The notes below the pieces were generated by a model that searched no databases, had not been told where the DNA came from, and saw nothing but the letters and a program-made list of their open reading frames with translations. DNA of 62,523 nt, counting the filler, from Sphacelaria rigidula (taxonomy: Eukaryota): the NCBI GenBank assembly GCA_964200075.2. It is 11 parts of 11 records of this genome, joined end to end, with 100 filler letters (N's around TTAATTAATTAA, not from the genome) between each part and the next. Parts side by side here need not be neighbours in the genome. Positions count along the whole stretch, not along the records: positions 45,545 to 51,137 come from CAXNAA020026028.1; positions 51,238 to 56,830 come from CAXNAA020026029.1; positions 56,931 to 62,523 come from CAXNAA020026030.1; 8 more parts are not named here. One strand, given 5' to 3'. This document shows positions 50,863 to 62,523 of this stretch, one piece after another; positions within the stretch are counted from its first letter, which is position 1; every line of letters begins with the position of its first letter. The translations under genes were made by a program, and so were the position numbers.

Positions 50863-52552
50863 GTGAGAGCGGCCTGTAAAGCAAAAGCCCGAGCATTGAC
50901 ACTGACTCCGTGTACGTACGAAGGGTGCCCCATGTGAAAGAGGTCGATATGTACGTGTGTCGATGCTCGGCCATCGCAAGTATTGCCTGGACTTGCAGCG
51001 TTGGAACAAGGGGGCAGTTCGGTTCGGCTTGGTGCGTATGTGAGTATGTTGGCGGGGGGGGGGGTTGTACTTATGATCATGCATGACATAGTCATAAGAC
51101 CATTGACCTCGCATCCCTACAAAGCCGAGACTGGCAGNNNNNNNNNNNNNNNNNNNNNNNNNNNNNNNNNNNNNNNNNNNNTTAATTAATTAANNNNNNN
51201 NNNNNNNNNNNNNNNNNNNNNNNNNNNNNNNNNNNNNCCTTTTTCAGGCCGACTGGTTTTTCCTCGGCCGCTCATGCACGCGGGGTGGTGCGTGCAAAAA
51301 AAAAAAACGGACTTTAACAAAAAAAACTCCAAAGATTTCAAAAAATGGTCGCCGGCGGCATCGGACACCGCTAAAGGTCTGTATAAACATAAGGACCTTT
51401 ACTTATGGCACAGAGGAAGTATATTACTATACCTCAGGTAACGCTGGGCCAATCCTCACATTCCAGTCCCACGAAATATGCAAAAAATAAAGCCGCCGTT
51501 ATGACTGAGGGCTCCGATGCATTCCCCAGAAATACCGAACATACAGTCAACAGCTGCTGGTTGTGACAGTCTTTCGTACGTGCTGCAATGACGTTATCCA
51601 TTCAGAGTGAGAATATACTACGGGGAGACATAGCCAACTATCAAGAGACGGTCAACATCGATCCCGTAGAATACGCGATAGCCAGTAAATTGTTCATAGT
51701 GCTCACGCGACAACGTTGTGATGCCCCTACCTCGTGCTGCACGTGGCGGTGAACAGCGCAGCGGCCTCCAGGCCTGCAGATACAGGAGGGAGGAAAGGAC
51801 GGACGGAGAGAGTGAGTACCTAGCGGAAGGGAAAAGGCTTTCATCGGTAATCATACGCAGAATTACATGGCGAGAGGCACGTATGGTATTTGCATGCTTT
51901 GCGAAGGCGTCGTTATCCATCCATAAAACACAACCACCAACAGCTTGTCACTGGTAACCGAATATGGTGCAGTGCTCAACCTCAAGGTTAAATCGAAGCG
52001 ACCCATTCGGTGGCAGCAGACCCATAATCTAACTCGGACGATTTTCAGATTCAAAAGTCATGTGATGGTGACCTTGACCGACGTGAGCCGAATGCCTCTA
52101 TTGTCTACTTGAGCAACGATTGCGATGGTAATTTTGGCACTAGCGAAACAGGACACTGCTAATACCTCACTTGCTGTCTCGGCTCAGGTCAACGCACCGC
52201 CTGCTATACTAGTAATGGTACGTGGCAGGAGTAGGAGCAGTAGCAACAGTACTCGTGGGAGTAGTAGAGATGGTCGTACTAGTAATATATAGCACTGCGT
52301 GGTGGAAACGGTGCTTCTTCCCCTGGGTGGATATGAAATCGTCAACTACCGATTCTACTGCCATTGAGAGCGTTACGCCACCATCTGAAGCAGTGTCACT
52401 TCGAGACCCGCCAGTCTTGGATGAAGCCGGGACGGATTTGAGAGCTACGACTAACGGCACAGCGGCGGGGGAGGGGCGTACTCATTTTTGCTTGCCTTAG
52501 TCGTGTGACCATTGACCACGCATCCCTTTCGAGACAGAGCAGGGGGGGGCAG

Positions 52553-55099
52553 AATGGGGTACCTACTGAACTCCCCAAGCTTGGATCAGCCGGTAGCCTT
52601 CAAAACTCCTACACCACTTCCACAGCATTTTTGTTACTGTTTGGACGCCTGGTGAGATACCGCAGGACCGAAAGGGTGTCACGATCGGAGTGCTACACGA
52701 TAAGGATGGGACCCAGTGGTAATAATAGGCATGTGTCCCTGCCGCGCATGCTAGCAGCAAATTTCTTCTCAAAACTTGTAGATAACACGGGCTAGATGAA
52801 TTTTTTCGCGAGGAAGCGGCATTTTCTCGGAAACAGGAAGAATTCCGACGCAAACGACCGACTGCCGATAACATATATGATGTTCGTAGACGCCGACAGC
52901 AGGAGTTGGGACAGGCGAGCAATTCCGCAGGACATGTGCTTTATCGATCAACAAAACGTGCACGACTTCGTAAAGTGCACACTCACATTGAAAAGTACTT
53001 ATCCGTTTGGAGCCCTCTCAAGGGTGATCAAGGTGATTCACATCTTACACGATGACATGCGAGCTCGGATATAGCTGGGTGGTGGCAAGCTATCAGAGTG
53101 GTTCTCCGCCGGCCAGAGACCCAGGCAGGGATACGTTTCGTCCCCCCTGCTGTTAAAAATCGTCGGCGCAGCATTGCTCAATGTTGCTTCACAGTGTTTT
53201 AAGGCAGACTCACCCATCGTCTCAGACTTGGTATACCCCTAGCGTATTTGATAAAGGGACTGTCCCGTAGAGGACGCGCTCTGGACAGGGGAATGTGTAT
53301 ACCTTATTCTTGTATTAAACTCTTTTATAACCTTCACTCACCAAACACATCAACCGTGCAAGCTCCACCCGAGCTGCTTTCTCCACCCGAAACGCAATGA
53401 CCAAAATGCACGAAAAACACAACTGACCAGGCCGTATATTGGGTTCCCTCATATGTCATGCATCCAGTCATAACACAATCCGTTACCGCAGACGATATCC
53501 GATACCCATGATATTTTATCAATCTGCACCGCATGTACCCGCATTAGTCCACGTACACATGCACTATTGTTCAGCTCGACGATAGTCAATTACAGATGAT
53601 GCACGCGCCAATGAGTGAGGATGATGACCCGCTAGCATTACGCCGCTGGAGAGGATGACGAACGCGGATGACGCAGGCATAACCGCGACGTCCCCAGCTG
53701 TGATAGAAGCTGTATGTCAGAGGTGCGGGATAACGGTATCGGAGAATAAAACAAAGTGCATGCGCTTGTAGTCAGTACCCAGCTGCCGAGAGACCGCGCA
53801 ATGCATCAAGTCGGTAGGCCAACGCTATAAGATGACGGCCGAGTTTTTACTCTGGCGGTGCTGTCAGCGTAGAGCCCAGATGTTAGAGTATCGAAACGAC
53901 CGCCCGCCAGCGTCGACTTTGGGATGCGGGAGTCCTTGTCCGACAGAACGTAACACGTCTCCCAAGACGCACCATGTTCGCAAGCTTGGGCGCAAAATGG
54001 CTCAAGGAGGCTGGTCGGCCTTCCAAACACGTGGGGGACTGCCTCTAGGAAAACCTAAAAGCCTTACAGGAGGTCCCACACAAAGGAGAACGAAGGGAGT
54101 AGTATGAAAATCAAAGATTCGCAGAATTGGTCCCTGCCCCGAAGAACGTGGGCAAACGGCACCTGGGGGTCGAGAAAGGGGAAGAGGATTTTGAGGAGGC
54201 TTCGCGACGCAAAAGCCCATTCCAACCTGCCCTACGTCACAACCAAGAGGCTGTTTCGTCGAGGACCGCCAAGGAAAGAGCCGCCACCACCGGCACAACA
54301 AGCATCATCAGTCCGCGTTGATAAATGGAAATGGTCGAGAGTGGCTCGTTTTGCTGTTGTCTGGGGATGAGCGGAAGATGCGGGGGTAGCGCACTCATTG
54401 ATGTACCACTGTCTTGTCCAATAGCTGGTTCTTGAACTCTTTTGTTTCCCTGCAACATTGGCGATATCACCTAGCTGCGTCTCTATGCGCGTTCCGCCTT
54501 TCGTCCGGGTTGTTGTCTTATTTTCCTCGTCTCCCGCCGTGTTTTCCTCCTTCTGTCTCTTCTCTTACCTTTCTCTTTTCTGTTTTCCCCTCTATAATTT
54601 TTCCGCCACACAGTATAGTGTAGTGTTTGCGCCTCGCCCCTGCAGATCTCGTGAGCGAGAGTTCCTTCCTAGATAGTGTGGTCCCTAGATATACCGAGCG
54701 GCAATCTGTGTTCGCGGACTTTTCGGTCTGTTTTGCTCTTGTTAGGCCTCGTTATCTGGAGTAATGCTGCACGGGCCTGCCGTTCTTTCCCTTAACTTTC
54801 TCGAAACTAGTACAACATGTTCGCCTGGTGTGTCATTCGGGGGGGGTGGGGGAGGGTTCATTGATCCATCTCACCATGTTCTTTCTTTCTACATTTTTTT
54901 CTTCATCAGTTCACTTCACTTGTTCTACTCTACTCTGTTCGATCTCTTCCCTTCCTCGAGTTTCCTTCAACAAGTGTTCCACTTCAATTGCTTTGGACAC
55001 GTCGATCTCGTGATCACGGCTGGAGTCACCGAAGATCAGTTAGTAAAGCCCCGTTGTTATCGTGCGACAGTCAATCCGTTTAATCAAATCAACCAATCA
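52553..55099 (+). mobile_element. Old, heavily decayed RTE-like LINE (RT region, 3' UTR, tail) with a ~350-bp insertion at ~53295-53650
   Basis: Fragments GVPTELPKLG, HHFHSIFVTVWTPGEIPQ, MCFID, VIKVIHILHDDMRARI and ADDAGI are collinear with the 30260-32287 RT; 3' end GATCACGGCTGGA...GTGCGACAGTCAATC matches the family tail. Confidence 0.88.
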
Positions 55100-57221
55100 T
55101 TGGTGGCGGTGGTTGTGCACGCTGTCACGCAGCACGTTGAACAACACATATACTGTAGCAATGTCTGGGAGCGCAAGCCCCCGCTTGCCGAAAGTTGTGA
55201 GGTGTGTACCTTCTGAGTTCGCCGACGAAGACAAGGCGTTGCTGCTGTTGTTGCTATCACTGCCGCTGTTGTTGCCACCGTCACGACCGCCACGCAGCCT
55301 CAACACGATTTGATGTCCAATTCGCTGTAGCTGCTCAACTACACCACCAATGGTGCGAGGTAAAACGGACAGATGGGGTAGCGGAGCTCACGTTGATTCC
55401 ACTTCCGATCAAGTAGAGATACATAGCAAAGTAATAGTATATCGGGCATACCGATTTTGAAGCGTTCGAATGTGGCATTTTATACACAGGCCCTTGCACA
55501 GAGGCAAAGGACGGGTGGCATGGCACACGCTACATACGGAGGTGTTTTCACAAGGAGTGTTTCGATTCATTCTTCTTTTTGATGCGAGCTCCGAGAAGAA
55601 GACGGACATGGTGTCAGACCAAACACCTCAGTCAAGGCCGAAATATGGTTAATGACGCATGATACCGCGCAATCGCCTACGTTTCGGAGGCGTTGAAGTC
55701 ACTCCACACACCTGTCTATCAGGAACAGTAAAAAAGAGGTATAGAGTACTGTAGAGTGTGAAGGGCTTTCGAAAAGCACACCATAATACCCACATATAGT
55801 TGGTGGTTAGGCTGTATCAGGATGCAACAGGCATATCTGCAGTACGCAGTCCATGCCCAGAAGCTGTCAATCCAATCAGTGGACACCATTCGGTATGTCT
55901 ATATACTACTCCATCCTTCTCACCTCTCAAACTGGACGCCTGGTGCCTAAGCGCCTCGAGATGGATAGATGACATACCGCTATCAGGCCCATCGAGCATA
56001 GGTGCCACATGGCGACCCACGGGCATTCTTGGCCCAGACACCCTAGAAGGTACTCAAGATATTGATAATTCTCGCTGCACGGGTGGCATGGGTATGAGAT
56101 AGAATGAACCCGTCTGAGGACAGAGGACAGCCTCTCTGCCCCACGTCGTGTTGGCTCTGTTTTTCGTACAACGCATTTCGCCGTTAAGTGGCCTTCTACG
56201 ACCCGTTATAACAATGTCAACACATGAATCCAACACCATCACCACAACAGGCGGGGCACACTGCTAAGAAATGTGGACCTGTGTATGCTTATGCGCGCGT
56301 GTTTTATAGCATGTGCGATTGTTTGTGCTGTCAACAAGAGTACGTATTCGTTGAGCACAAGAAACAAACGACAAGAGGGGGATAAGCAGTACCCGCACAG
56401 TAGAGGGCAGCAAAAATATTACGCGGCCGAGTCGTCCAGCAACGATGGAGGGGGGGGGGTGGGGGCATTTGTATGTTGTCCGGACCTTTCTGTCATTTTC
56501 TACCGACTGAATTAGACACTTTCTACGATAGCGCCCCCCACAAAAACCAGCTCAAAAGTGTCACAAAAAATGGTCATACAAACACGGGATGTTACAAATT
56601 GGGGATTTATCTTTTATTGGGGTGAGAAAGCCGGAGAATTAAATTCTTCGTATCCACACCAAATCTTCGAAATATGGTTCCATTTAACAGCCGATTCTCG
56701 AAAATAGGGTTGAAAAAATATGAGGTTCAACTCAAAAGCCGTACTTTCCCTGAACTAAATTCAAGACAAATGGCTTTCATATGGACCACCCCATCCCTCC
56801 CGACCCCCCTAGAACTATTTCGGGGGATTTNNNNNNNNNNNNNNNNNNNNNNNNNNNNNNNNNNNNNNNNNNNNTTAATTAATTAANNNNNNNNNNNNNN
56901 NNNNNNNNNNNNNNNNNNNNNNNNNNNNNNCCCTCTCGTGGGCCGCGGCTGCCTCCTCCCACCGCCGACGCAAACAACCTGCGGCTGGGGGGGGGCGACC
57001 GGGGGGGGGGGGGGGGGGGGGGGGGCGCACGTGTTCGCGTCAGACTTGCACCAACCAAAAAACAAGTAATCTATTTCTTCACGCTTTCACCGAGCCAGCC
57101 AACCAACCGAACCAACGGCCCATGAACCGAGCCATCCCTTCATCCATCTATTTAACCAACTATTACAGCCGATCCGTCAATCAGACCACCCAGCCCATAA
57201 CCTGACCCGAACAGCCTTCAC

Positions 57222-57377
57222 CTTGCACACGCCGGCCATGCCGCCACTGTCGCGAAACGACGCCACCCAGTCCTCGTCAGCCTTCTTGAGGGCCTTGTGC
57301 AGCGCACGGACGTCATCAAGATCTGGCAAGTCGTCCACCTCCATGAGCATCCGCGCATATTCCTCGGCCGTGACCTC
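57222..57377 (-). CDS. Exon of diaphanous-type formin, GTPase-binding (GBD/FH3) region
   Basis: EVTAEEYARMLMEVDDLPDLDDVRALHKALKKADEDWVASFRDSGGMAGVCK resembles the L..L...L.....WV..F...GG..L GBD motif; TTTCAG acceptor, AAG|GTGAAG donor, 156 bp phase 0-0. Confidence 0.72.
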
Positions 57378-57878
57378 CTGAAATCATTAAATCAGTTTAT
57401 TCGTTCGCGACAATGAAACAAGGAAAAGACAGTACTCTCGTGCTTTTTTGCCACACATGGTCACTCCTCTCCTGGGAAACAAACATCGATCCCAACAAAA
57501 GGATCACGTACCATCTTCTATACTAGAAATAATAGTATTCCACATGACGGACAGCTCATGAGCTACCTGAGTATTACTTCTTATTAGTGTACTGATCCCG
57601 ATCGCGAGCTAGTTCATGTGGCCACTTTTCCCTCATATCTTCTTCCTACAGCGCTGGATTTCGAGCACGAGGAGTAGCGTAAAGGTAACGCTTTGGCTTC
57701 TCGGACCCTCCTGTCACGTAATTTGTGTTTTCGGATAAGGGATCTGAGAGTACCCTTCGATTACATATTTTCAGGACTCTTGACGTCGCACGTCACAACT
57801 TAACGGTACACGTCACAAAATCCGATACACGCGGAGCCCTGGGCAAATTCAAGTCAAATCAAATCAAGCTTCGGGCCT

Positions 57879-57929
57879 GGCTAGTACTACGGTGGGGGAA
57901 CACGTAGGCCCCCCACCGTAGTACTAGCC
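57879..57929. repeat. Perfect 20-bp-stem hairpin (11-nt loop) within a larger imperfect foldback (~57785-57975)
   Basis: GGCTAGTACTACGGTGGGGG / CCCCCACCGTAGTACTAGCC; outer CACGTCACAA x2 versus TTGTGACGT x2. Confidence 0.9.
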
Positions 57930-59604
57930 TGGCTTAGCTTGTGACGTGTAACGAACTTTGTGACGTATAACGTGAAGAGCTCTGGTTATTTAGGGGTAGT
58001 CCGACGTGTGCAACATTCCCAGTTTCAGGGGAAAGCTTGCATATTTTCGTATTTCGATAACCAAAAGTGATTTTATTTACTGCGACAGTGTGATACCAGC
58101 TAGATACATATATCACCAGTGTTGAAATGCAGAAGCACCGACGCGGGAAATAAATGCGTATTCTCGATCTGACTCAACGCTGGTCTTTAGGCCGCTTCAT
58201 ATGGCACACTAGAATCCCCAACAAACACATTCTTCACCACCTTCTGTCCAGAATTATCGTCTCATCACTTCTTACGGAAGAAGAAACGCCCAATACAAAC
58301 CCCGAATTCTTGTTGGAGCCGAAACACGACTATCCCACACAAAGATCCTGGAGCTGTGACTGAGCAAAAAGCCAAGGCAAAAATTGTCTCACAGAAAATG
58401 ACTCCAGTGGACACCACCGGTATGACGAATTTTGTGCAGCCCGAACCTCGTACACTCTCCAGTTGTCAGCGCAAGGAGGGAGAGATGGAAGTCAAATACA
58501 TTGAAAAGTCCGATGACAACATAGTCGTGGTGTGGGGTTGGCCGCTGTGAGCAATCTCAACACCATGTCGTTCGCTGCCGGCCACAGCACTGCGCATGCT
58601 CGATCGTATGCATGCTCCCTCTGCCAACGACTGGACATACTACAGTTACTGTCTGTACAGACTATCCATAAATAAATGACCATCTGTCTGTACCGTTGTA
58701 ACTGATCATATTGCACTTCACTGTCCAGGCCGCCATACGCGTGGACCTTTGCTTCCCGAGCAGCACATTTTCTTCCTAACCTCAACATTCTTCGTGCATA
58801 TACACACGGTTGATTTAGTTTCGCAGGTCCGACTCCGTTCTTGCGTGCACACCGTATACATATACGTATGTCTGCTGTAATCGGAATACTGCAGTGTCCA
58901 ATGGACACGACGTTATCTGCCTGGGCACACTGCTCTTTCGTGCATTGGCTACGGGCGGTGTGGGCGGCTGTATTCACGTCAGCGCACAAGCACGTCAGGC
59001 TTAATACAGTGTTTAAAAGTGAGCTGTAACGCCTGCCCAAGACACCATTACTCTCGGGGCTTTTGCTGTTGCTATAAGAGGTGGCAGACAAAAAAAGCAG
59101 TCAAATTTCTTGGGTCCACAAAAATCGACGTTTTTCTTTTTTTTTCAAGGGTGATTTTTGTTTGCCGTAACGAGCGGCCTCAAAAAGAAAAATCATATTT
59201 GACAATGATTTTTTATCCTGATTTTTCTCCGTGCCGATGAGACCCGACCGAACCATCATTCGCAATATAATTCTTCCTTGAAGGGTGAACAGGCACATAC
59301 GGCGGCGCAGAACTCAAGATGAGCAATCCGGAGCCAGAAATGGAAGCAGCAAAAGAAGGTTGCCACCTTACATTAGTCCCCATCACCAAGCATGATGCTC
59401 CTCTAAATCATTATCGTCGGGAGCAAGGCAACCGACGACGCAACACACTACGCATTCATTTACAGCCGCCAACGCAGTAGTACTACGCAAAAAAATCAGC
59501 ATATTCCATAGTCCGCGCAGACCAAAACTCAAATTGACAAAAATCCCCACCCGCTTCCCCCTCCCCTCCCCACTTGTGAGTCCTGCACGTGCTGCATGCC
59601 CCAC

Positions 59605-59944
59605 CTGCTGCTCCACAGCCTGTTCGTCTTCGGCAATAGTAGACGCGAAGTTAGGCGCCGTCGAGTGACGGCGAGTAGCCGGTTCATCGTCGACTGATAT
59701 AGGCGCAAAGCTGGGTGCCGTCGCGCGGCGCCCGGGGCCAATCTGGTCCGAGCGGAAGGGCATGGTACCACCGCTAGCACGCCCAATACCACCACCTCCA
59801 CCAACATCATATCCCCTTGTGGGGCTCAGAGTTGGAGAACGGCTCCCGACATCGCCCTGTGTGTTTCCTAGCTCCAGCAGGAGGTTGCGCTTCGTAGTGG
59901 CCGGCAGGCGCTTGAGCACTTTGCGAAGGTCATCATCCAGACTA
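59605..59944 (-). CDS. Upstream exon of the same formin (LDDDLRKVLKRLPATTKRNLLLE...EQAVEQQ)
   Basis: N-terminal part resembles the GBD 'L.....R..L..LP...K..LL' helix; tandem AG acceptors, CAG|GTGGG donor, phase 0 matching the 57377 exon. Confidence 0.65.
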
Positions 59945-61510
59945 CTGCTTTCGGTTTGTGGCGTCTGTGTCTGTGGGAACTTCGATTGATTCGGTGGATT
60001 GAACTGTGTTTTTCATTTTTTCCCGAAGGTTTTCGACGGGGGTGGAGAACGGGCGGGAGGCAAAGACACGGCAGAAAAGGGAGAGGGGGGGATGTGACTT
60101 GACTTGGGCTAGACCTGCGTATTGTTGGCCGGCACAGCCCCGGAGCACTAGACAGTGTAGTGCCGCTCAGAGGACACGACGCGATAGATGCCGCGTGCGG
60201 GCAATGTGCAGTACAAAAAAGAGAGCGAGTTTCACATGCGGAGTGCCTGTACGGACGGAGCTAGCCTGAAGGTTCTGCGGATGAATATTTGCAACGTAGA
60301 AGCAACGTCACTCTACCGTCTGTGCTATAATAAACGTTCTCTGTCCGACACGCAAAGTCTATTGCGATTACGCGGGCCCTTGACCGTGTCCAGTGTATCA
60401 GGCGATCGTTTTTGTGATATCTTCGGCGCTTTTTCTATCAGATGATTCATTTTCTCTTTCGTTCAAAAATGTATACTATCTTCCGTTGGCGAACGTCAGA
60501 AAGAAAAATAACAGGCAGTCCGAGGGTGGCTACATTTCGATGTTTTCGCTTCCATGAAAAAAAAACACTGAAAAATCGAAAAATCGAAAGAAATGGCCAT
60601 GAACATACAGTAATATTTTCATATCTCCCGGCTCACCTCCCACATATAGGGGTTACTCAAAGTGAATTAAAAGATGTTTGCGCGAAGCGAGATTACGGCC
60701 GAGCATTCAAAGATCGGCACTTCGCGAAAATTAGAACCCGTCTGAAACCAGGGGACGAACTATCACATGGGACATGTCCTGTCTCACTGTGCTGTAGCTG
60801 TCACTGCGCTATGGTGTGTTCAGACTTTGCGGAGACGTTTTGGTCTCCGCTAGGACTGCTCGAGTTGCCTTACTGTCCCTGCTTTCGTCTTTACAGAAAA
60901 TAAGGTGAAAAAATGATGTTAGTCGGCACGCAGTGCTGTCCACACACTGTTCAAACCTTCCCATCGTGTTGGCTGTTTCGTCTTCCGTGAAACGAACAAG
61001 GCGCTTCCCACACCCATCATTTCTATGCTGTAGTCGTCTCTGTACCGATGTGCAGTTGCACAATCTACGGCAAACATGATCCAATGTGCGCTGGAGAGTG
61101 CCTGGATCGTTGTACTGCTGCATGCCGTGTTTTGGTCTGCACAAAATTGGGGTGGAATCGAAGTGCTGTCTACTTAAAATTAAAACGATCACGTGACGGC
61201 TGTGCAGCTGTTTGTTGCGTCTTCTCTGGTACTTCAGTTGTTGTCGGGTGCTGTGATCGGAGAAGGCACGCAAAGCGGGTGCGTGTAGGTTGGGGCAAAC
61301 GAGTTGAGCCAGCACGGAGCTGCTGTATCCCCAGCGATTGATGGTAGCATCTGTCTGACTTGCAGCAGCGCAATATGTGGACCAATAACAGCTACCTTGC
61401 CGCTAAAAATACTACTCGTTTCTACCATTTGATCGGTGAAAGGTTGCCACATTTTCGTACATTGAAAGCTTCTGATGGGTCGAAAAATCTTGCCACTCAT
61501 GTTTCTAGTA

Positions 61511-61827
61511 GAGTCTACCGGGGTTGGGCTACAAATATCCATGGTTGATATTACTTGACTTGAGGGGGAACAACGATAATCGGAAGTTAAGTGGGGCTGA
61601 CAGTCCCGTGTGCTCATCGCGTGCGCAGATGGCGTTTTCGTTTAAATCAGCGCCACAGGCTCCGATTTGGGTCGATCAAGGCGGCAATTTGCCCAGGAAA
61701 TACATACTGTACACCGCCCTTGCTCGAGGGTTCTCGGTATGCGTTGGGTTGGGGTTAGGGGTAGGGGTAGGGATGCTTGTTAAATTGTGTCAACCATGAA
61801 TATTTGTAGCCCAACGCCGGTAAACTC
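61511..61827. mobile_element. MITE with ~40-bp TIRs and internal GGGTTA/GGGGTA-like repeats; related fragments at 5694-5745, 19185-19404, 48575-48650
   Basis: GAGTCTACCGGGGTTGGGCTACAAATATCCATGGTTGATA vs GAGTTTACCGGCGTTGGGCTACAAATATTCATGGTTGACA. Confidence 0.82.
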
Positions 61828-61915
61828 GCTCCTACCTGTGGGCCTTGTGCCTATTTTTCGAGCTTCTTTTTTGCATCGACGAAAAGTTCGACTTTTTGGG
61901 CACTGCAGAGTCATG

Positions 61916-62115
61916 CAAGGGCAGATTGAGTAGAGTATACTGAATTCCGGGGTATTTTGAAAACGTACTTGAGGTACTCAAATCAGGGTAGAGTGTTAGG
62001 AGTCGTACCTAAAAAATAACTGGAAAGCGATCCCTCAACCACTACCCCCGATTCGTGTACTTCAACGACTTTCAAAATACCCCGCAATTAGTATACTCTA
62101 CTAGACCCGCCCTTG
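61916..62115. mobile_element. 200-bp foldback MITE with 8-bp TSD (hAT- or P-like)
   Basis: CAAGGGC...AGTAGAGTATACT..ATT.CGGGGTATTTTGAAA inverted at both ends; flanks GAGTCATG / GGGTCATG (7/8). Confidence 0.8.
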
Positions 62116-62523
62116 GGGTCATGTCATGTTTGCATCCGACATTTAAAGGGCGAAAATCAGCCAAATTTGGGGAAAACACCAAAAAAATTGATGACTTCTA
62201 CCCAACATTACGCAATACCTGACTTGGATTGTTTCTTGTTTTTTTATCATACGAAGTATTTATTTCCGTGAGCATCTCCATATTATCATCCTTGTAGTGT
62301 ACCTATTCCTATACAGGCTGAGCCAGCCTACAAGCGGATTTGTACTTTGCAAGCGAATTAGCAATTTTTTTCTTGGAGTTAGAAAGTGAAATTTAGTATG
62401 GACAATCAACAGGGCATGAAGAAAAGCTGTCTGTGAGGTCCCAACGATTTTTGCCCTTGATTCACAAAAAAAAAAAAAACGCCGGGGCCTCACAGATTGC
62501 TTTTTTCCGTGCCCTGTTGATCG

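Noticed and set aside
51730..52460. Small candidate minus-strand exons
   Set aside because: Splice-like signals are present, but the pieces are too short and have no recognisable homology.

Overview
This window is not one contiguous locus. It is 11 unrelated scaffolds of exactly 5593 bp each, joined by 100-bp artificial linkers (N44-TTAATTAATTAA-N44), so no gene neighbourhood can be inferred across linkers. The DNA is eukaryotic, repeat-rich and intron-rich, most consistent with a brown alga (Phaeophyceae). That assignment is inferred from isolated GT-AG exons in long introns, a signal peptide + 'SAF' plastid-targeting exon, RTE-type LINEs and CCCTAA repeats. Host exons: TCF25/Rqc1 (43439-43655, -), a diaphanous-type formin GBD (59605-59944 and 57222-57377, -), a probable plastid-protein first exon (46326-46590, -) and a few unidentified exons. 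Most of the rest is mobile DNA. It includes two 5'-truncated RTE-like LINEs with (CAAT)n tails, a tRNA-derived SINE (2 copies) and TIR elements with 8-bp TSDs (13170-15442, 40357-41653, 61916-62115). It also includes TTAA-flanked piggyBac-like elements, MITEs carrying telomere-like repeats, long foldbacks, and an abundant 5'-truncated retroposon family that always ends at G/C tracts. No CRISPR array, rRNA, bona fide tRNA or prokaryotic operon was found. No new multi-gene system can be supported. The most novel-looking items are uncharacterised transposable-element families.
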